Notes under the pieces: generated by a model | The model's database searches: none | What the model was told of the DNA's origin: nothing | Seen by the model: the letters and a program-made list of their open reading frames with translations, nothing else | Origin: Desulfatiglandales bacterium | GTDB lineage: Bacteria > Desulfobacterota > DSM-4660 > Desulfatiglandales > Desulfatiglandaceae | Reading direction: 5' to 3' | Length of the DNA: 64,000 bases | Assembly: GCA_963662465.1 (NCBI GenBank) | Contig: OY759599.1 | Location: 5,472,001 to 5,536,000, forward strand | Made by a program: the position numbers and the translations under genes | Part shown: piece by piece, positions 59,340 through 64,000 of the stretch | Layout of the letters: each line of letters opens with the position of its first letter | Numbering within the stretch: the stretch's first letter is position 1

Positions 59340-62300
59340 GGGGGTCTGTCTCCTTGCCGGCAAAGTCTTCATCCAGTCGTTCAATGAGCGCCTGGGGAGG
59401 CTTATGCGTATAGACGCCGTTCCCATTTGGCGCAACCCCTCGTAAAAACAGGTACACCGCCCCACCCATATCCCGCTGGTACTGGTAATTGGGTAATCGA
59501 GCCTTGAGCAAACGATGCAAGGCCAGGGTATAGAGAACATATTGAAGGTCGTAACGATGCGCCAGCATGGCATCCACCATGGCCTTTAATCCGTAAGCCC
59601 GGTTATCTTCTCCCAGGTAGTTGGATTTATAGTCCAGCACGTAGTAACGTCCCCGGAACTGGAAAACCAGATCGATAAACCCTTTCAGCATGCCGTTCAC
59701 GTGGATCTCCTGAAGCGGCGGACGTTTTTCGCCGGGCAGGACTCCGTGGGTTATAACATCATCCAATGTCCGGGTATTGATCTGGTGGGCGGCAAAGAGA
59801 AATTCCAGTTCCGGTTGGTAATCGGGGGGCGTCAAATCCGCGAGTCTCACATGCGCCCGACCATCCGGCAACGGGAAGGGTGTTTCAAGAAACGCCTGAA
59901 ACCAGCGATCCAGCACCTCAACCCACAGCCATCCACGACGCTTGCACATGATTTCTATCCGGTCATGGACCCATTGACGATTTTGCGCCATCTTGCCAAA
60001 CCCTTCAACAGCCGCCCATTCCAGTAACTCATGGAGAAAGGTTCCCGGGTCCGGTCCCCGGGGAAAGCGGTGGATCGATGGGGGACCCGTCATATCTTTC
60101 GGGTAAAAAAAAGCTTTTTCGCCGGGCTCCCGCAACTGATCTTCAATGGCCGAACCCGGGAAATCGAGCCCCATTTTTCGCTTATCCGTTTCCCATCCTC
60201 CGGAAGCGTCACGGCCTGCATCCTTCAATATGCCGGAATAGCTGGTGATCCACCAGTCCCGGGATACCGGGGCATTGAACTGCAGGGCCGGCATCAGTGA
60301 CACCGCTTTACCCTTCGGGGTATAAACGCGGTTACGGGCTTCCGGCGCCGGTTCAATTTCCATATGGGGACAATCGCCTTTCAAAAGAGCGAGTTTTTCG
60401 GTCAGGTCCTCCGTTGGAATCATTTCACCCCCTGATAACAGGTAGCCGAAGCCCGACAAGTGGAGGGTGCTTTTTTCCCTTTTTTGGGTGGTGCTGCCCA
60501 TGACGCCGATGCCCAGCCAACAGGCATATTGGGCGCGGGTTACCGCCACATAGAGCAGGCGAAGGTCTTCCGCCAGCCGTTCCCGGTCCGCCGCCTCCAT
60601 ATCCGCTTTTTCAGGGCCATAGACCCGCCTCGGTTGTCCCTCCGCATCATGGTAGGTGACCATGGCGGCATTTTTCCGGACGGCCTGGCGAACGGTGCAG
60701 ATAAACGGTAGAAACACCAGGGGATACTGCAGCCCCTTGGATTTGTGGATGGTAATCACCTTGATCAGATCTTCATCGCTTTCCAGACGAAGAACCTGTT
60801 CCGCCAATCCGGTGGGGCGCTCTTGAAGCTGTTCCGCCAGCCATCGGATAAGGCCCTGCTCCCCATCCAGCTCAAGGGCTTTCGCCTGCAGGAGTTCGGC
60901 CAGGTGAAGGAAATTGGTCAAAGCGCGCTCACCACCAGGGACACTCAAAAGGCCCGACAACGCCCCAAAGTCCTGCAGAAGGTTTTGCAACATGGGCAGA
61001 ACCCCCCGGCGCCGCCAGACCGAATGATAACGGCTGAAACGCTCAAGTTCGCCTTCCCAGGCCACCTCATCCCGGTTCAATTGGTCAAGGCGCGTCAGGG
61101 GTTGGTTGAGTATGGGTGTGGCCAGGGCGGCTTTGAGGATGCGTTCCTGCCCGGGGGCGGCGCAGGCCCGCAGCAGATAGAGCATTTGCCCGGCTTCGTG
61201 GGAACTAAAAACAGAATCCTTATCGGACAGGTAAACACTGCGGACCCGCCGTTTATCCAGCGCTTGACGAATGGCCATGGCTTCCCGACCATCCCGTACC
61301 AGGACCGCCATATCCGCCGGGCAAAGGGGCTTCAGCGGTTCATTGGGGCCGGTCTGAAATCCGGCCCGAGGAGGATGCTGTTCCGCCAGGTTCAATAAGC
61401 GAACGATTTCATCGGCAAAAGCGTCCGCCATTGCGGCAACATAGCCATTGGGACCTGTTTTGGGAACCGGTCCCGTTTGCCGCAGTTGCCACAGGCGCAT
61501 GCTTTTTATGGCTTGGCCCTCAACTATCATCAGGGCTTTGGGACCCTTCGCCGCCACGGGTTCAAATGGAATCTGATCTGTAAAGAGAAAAGGCCCCTGG
61601 GGATATGGGACGGCCATCCCGAACATTCGATTGACCGCCTGCACCAGTCCTTCAGTGGAACGATAATTTGCACCCAGGGTGTAGGGCTTGCCAAGGGTAT
61701 CCCGCCGGGCTTTCAAATAGGTGTGAATATCCGCGCCGCGAAAGGCGTAGATGGCCTGTTTGGGATCACCAATCATCAACAGGGCCGTATCCGGCCGGTT
61801 GCCGTAGATCCGGCTGAACGCTGCATACTGCACGGGATCGGTGTCTTGAAATTCGTCAATCATGGCCACCGGGAACTGATCCGCGATGGTTTGGGCCAGT
61901 GGTTCATTTCCCGGCGTCTGCAATGCTTCATTCAGCCGGGTCAGCAAATCGTCAAAACCAACAAGCCCAAGGGTCTCCTTTTGTTTTTGAAAACGACGGG
62001 CAATCTCCCCTGCGGCATGAACAAACAGGGCTTTGTCAATTTCAAGTGAGTTCAAGAAATCGTTAAGCCGGTCAAAAATGTCGTACGCGGGATGCGCAGG
62101 CGGCGTCTTGTTTTTTCCAGCGCCTTCCAGAAGACCTGAAGATGAAAGTTTCTGAAGAGTTTGGGCATCGGGGAGAGGACCGGCTTCCCTGACCCAGCGC
62201 GTGAGTTGATTAATCCAATTGGTCAGGGAAGCCGTACGGTATTTGTTGCCGTTGAGGGTTTTGTCCGCCTGGGCCTGACATACCCGTTCCACGGCTACGT

Positions 62301-63009
62301 CAAGATCCACTGACCAGTCCCGCCGTGCATCCAGAATGGCCTGCCGACGCCGGCGCAACAAATCAAACGGGTCCGCCGGTACGCTGTTATTATGCGCACC
62401 GACCTTCAGCAATGGTTTCACCTGGTCCAGCAGGGCCTGGGGCGTCGTGCAACCGATCAGCCCTAGAAGTTCCACCAGCGATTCACGTTCCAGTCCGTAA
62501 AAATGAGACCGCCAGTAATCGCAAGCGGCTTCTTCCAGCAGATCCTGATCATCGGGCGCTAGTTCCAGATCGAAAAGACTGCCGGCGTCAAAGGCGTGCT
62601 GCCGCAACATGCGGTTGCACCAACCGTGAATGGTATGGATAGCAGCTTCATCCATCCACAGGGCCGCCTGGGTCAGCACCCCGGCGTTATGTGCCCATGT
62701 TTCTTCAGGGAAGGTATCGCCAAGGCCTTGAAGGAAGGCATCGCCCTTGCATTCCCGGCGAAAGTAGGCGGCAGCCTCAATTAATTTTTCACGGATCCGG
62801 TCCCGCAGCTCTTCAGTGGCGGCATTGGTAAAAGTCACCACCAGGATTTCCGGGGGCATGAGGGCCCTGCAAAAGCCGTTCTTCCCGCCATGCCCCAGCA
62901 CCAGCCGCAAATAGAGCGCCCCGATGGTATAGGTTTTGCCGGTTCCCGCACTGGCTTCCATGAGACGGGGGCCGCGGATTGGAAAGGTCAGGGGATCAAG
63001 GTGCATCAT
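59329..63009 (-). CDS. recB: Exodeoxyribonuclease V beta subunit
   Basis: EASAGTGKT, IDEFQDTD, TIHKSKGL, LYVAVTRA; nuclease GFIDL..DYKSN. Confidence 0.96.
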   Translation of the reverse strand: MMHLDPLTFPIRGPRLMEASAGTGKTYTIGALYLRLVLGHGGKNGFCRALMPPEILVVTFTNAATEELRDRIREKLIEAAAYFRRECKGDAFLQGLGDTFPEETWAHNAGVLTQAALWMDEAAIHTIHGWCNRMLRQHAFDAGSLFDLELAPDDQDLLEEAACDYWRSHFYGLERESLVELLGLIGCTTPQALLDQVKPLLKVGAHNNSVPADPFDLLRRRRQAILDARRDWSVDLDVAVERVCQAQADKTLNGNKYRTASLTNWINQLTRWVREAGPLPDAQTLQKLSSSGLLEGAGKNKTPPAHPAYDIFDRLNDFLNSLEIDKALFVHAAGEIARRFQKQKETLGLVGFDDLLTRLNEALQTPGNEPLAQTIADQFPVAMIDEFQDTDPVQYAAFSRIYGNRPDTALLMIGDPKQAIYAFRGADIHTYLKARRDTLGKPYTLGANYRSTEGLVQAVNRMFGMAVPYPQGPFLFTDQIPFEPVAAKGPKALMIVEGQAIKSMRLWQLRQTGPVPKTGPNGYVAAMADAFADEIVRLLNLAEQHPPRAGFQTGPNEPLKPLCPADMAVLVRDGREAMAIRQALDKRRVRSVYLSDKDSVFSSHEAGQMLYLLRACAAPGQERILKAALATPILNQPLTRLDQLNRDEVAWEGELERFSRYHSVWRRRGVLPMLQNLLQDFGALSGLLSVPGGERALTNFLHLAELLQAKALELDGEQGLIRWLAEQLQERPTGLAEQVLRLESDEDLIKVITIHKSKGLQYPLVFLPFICTVRQAVRKNAAMVTYHDAEGQPRRVYGPEKADMEAADRERLAEDLRLLYVAVTRAQYACWLGIGVMGSTTQKREKSTLHLSGFGYLLSGGEMIPTEDLTEKLALLKGDCPHMEIEPAPEARNRVYTPKGKAVSLMPALQFNAPVSRDWWITSYSGILKDAGRDASGGWETDKRKMGLDFPGSAIEDQLREPGEKAFFYPKDMTGPPSIHRFPRGPDPGTFLHELLEWAAVEGFGKMAQNRQWVHDRIEIMCKRRGWLWVEVLDRWFQAFLETPFPLPDGRAHVRLADLTPPDYQPELEFLFAAHQINTRTLDDVITHGVLPGEKRPPLQEIHVNGMLKGFIDLVFQFRGRYYVLDYKSNYLGEDNRAYGLKAMVDAMLAHRYDLQYVLYTLALHRLLKARLPNYQYQRDMGGAVYLFLRGVAPNGNGVYTHKPPQALIERLDEDFAGKETDPLEP

Positions 63010-63056
63010 TACCTTTCGCCGGGTTAGAGGCCTATGGCTTCTTGTACTGTAACTTA

Positions 63057-63338
63057 CTAACGGCCGCCCATTCGCTTTGAAGCCTTGATGGGGTTGATTT
63101 TTGCGGCGCCTTTTTTGGGTTCCGCAATGAGGTGGGTCGCCATGCTGCAGTTTCCGATACGCCATTTGGCGGCTGGATCCGGGAATACCATGCAGTACTC
63201 GCCATCGGCATATGTTGCGACACGCTGACAGCCGACACATTTATCAATAATTTTATGACATGCGCCGCCATTAAATCCACACCCTTTTTTGGTCATGAAA
63301 GAACATTCCTGACCCTCTTTTACAGTTGTGCAAACCAT
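63057..63338 (-). CDS. PxxKW family cysteine-rich protein
   Basis: C..C..GC..C..C; PDPAAKW..C.MATH; NPIKASKR. Confidence 0.9.
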   Translation of the reverse strand: MVCTTVKEGQECSFMTKKGCGFNGGACHKIIDKCVGCQRVATYADGEYCMVFPDPAAKWRIGNCSMATHLIAEPKKGAAKINPIKASKRMGGR

Positions 63339-63424
63339 TTTTATTACATCCTCTTCAATATTTTTTTAAACCCATATTTATGCCTATCTGAAACTCGATT
63401 GTCAAGAAAAATAGTCATGATATC

Positions 63425-64000
63425 TCAGATTTCAATCTTAATCCCCAATTCCTTGAGTTGCGCCGGGTCTACCCGGGAAGGCGCCTCCGTAAGGGGGCAG
63501 GTTCCGCTGGTGGTTTTGGGAAATGCGATGATTTCTCGAATGGAATTGACCCCGGTCATAATGGCCACAAGCCGATCAAATCCCAGGGCCATGCCGCCAT
63601 GGGGCGGCGCCCCATGTTTCAGGGCATCAATGAGGAATCCGAATTTTGATCGGGCTTCCTCCGGAGAAATGCCCAAAGCCTTAAAAACCGTCTCCTGGGT
63701 TGCCGCATTGTGTATCCTGATGCTGCCGCCGCCGATTTCCGATCCGTTTAAAACCAGGTCATATGCCCTGGCCCTGACTTTTCCAGGGTGTTCCAGGAGT
63801 AATGCCAAGTCTTCGGCCACGGGGGCCGTAAAGGGGTGATGGACCGCCATGAACCTGCCGCCCTCGTCATCATATTCCAGCAATGGGAAATCCGTCACCC
63901 ACACAAAGGCGTATTCCCCGTCCTTGATCAATTTTTCGCGCCGGGCCATTTCCAGTCGAAGGGCGCCAAGGGCTGCGTTGACAATGGCGGGTTGATCCGC
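63425..64000 (-). CDS. aspS: Aspartate-tRNA ligase, 3' part (continues beyond the window)
   Basis: [45 protein letters not shown]. Confidence 0.97.
   Translation of the reverse strand, partial: ADQPAIVNAALGALRLEMARREKLIKDGEYAFVWVTDFPLLEYDDEGGRFMAVHHPFTAPVAEDLALLLEHPGKVRARAYDLVLNGSEIGGGSIRIHNAATQETVFKALGISPEEARSKFGFLIDALKHGAPPHGGMALGFDRLVAIMTGVNSIREIIAFPKTTSGTCPLTEAPSRVDPAQLKELGIKIEI

Overview
Chromosomal window from a Desulfobacterota (deltaproteobacterial) anaerobe, inferred from gene content and synteny. (1) 1-3707: AT-rich right end of a genomic island that ends in a displaced 3' half of tRNA-Glu(CTC). It carries an IPTL-CTERM surface protein, a cNMP-binding protein and three copies of a ~90-bp repeat. 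(2) 4400-34012: core genes, namely MTHFR, polysaccharide deacetylase/MMPL, glcD-recR-ybaB-dnaX, two tRNA-Ser, tadA, glmU-like/glmM, pgk, purN-like, Hsp20/LonB-type protease, radC, tRNA-Leu, tig-clpP-clpX-lon, tRNA-Val and tRNA-Asp. (3) 34020-57290: a 23-kb accessory region downstream of tRNA-Asp, built from three decaying paralogous copies of one divergent cassette (TpsA <- TpsB <- promoter -> TPR-CHAT / CHASE2-adenylate cyclase / DUF928). Exactly one intact copy of each of the five genes survives. TA modules, an ISAzo13 element and gene remnants are interspersed. (4) 57297-64000: recD-recB (no adjacent recC), a PxxKW protein and the 3' end of aspS. The best candidate for an uncharacterised system is the five-gene unit of two-partner secretion, an exported caspase-like protease, a CHASE2 cyclase and DUF928. 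All calls come from motif recognition by eye, with no database searches.
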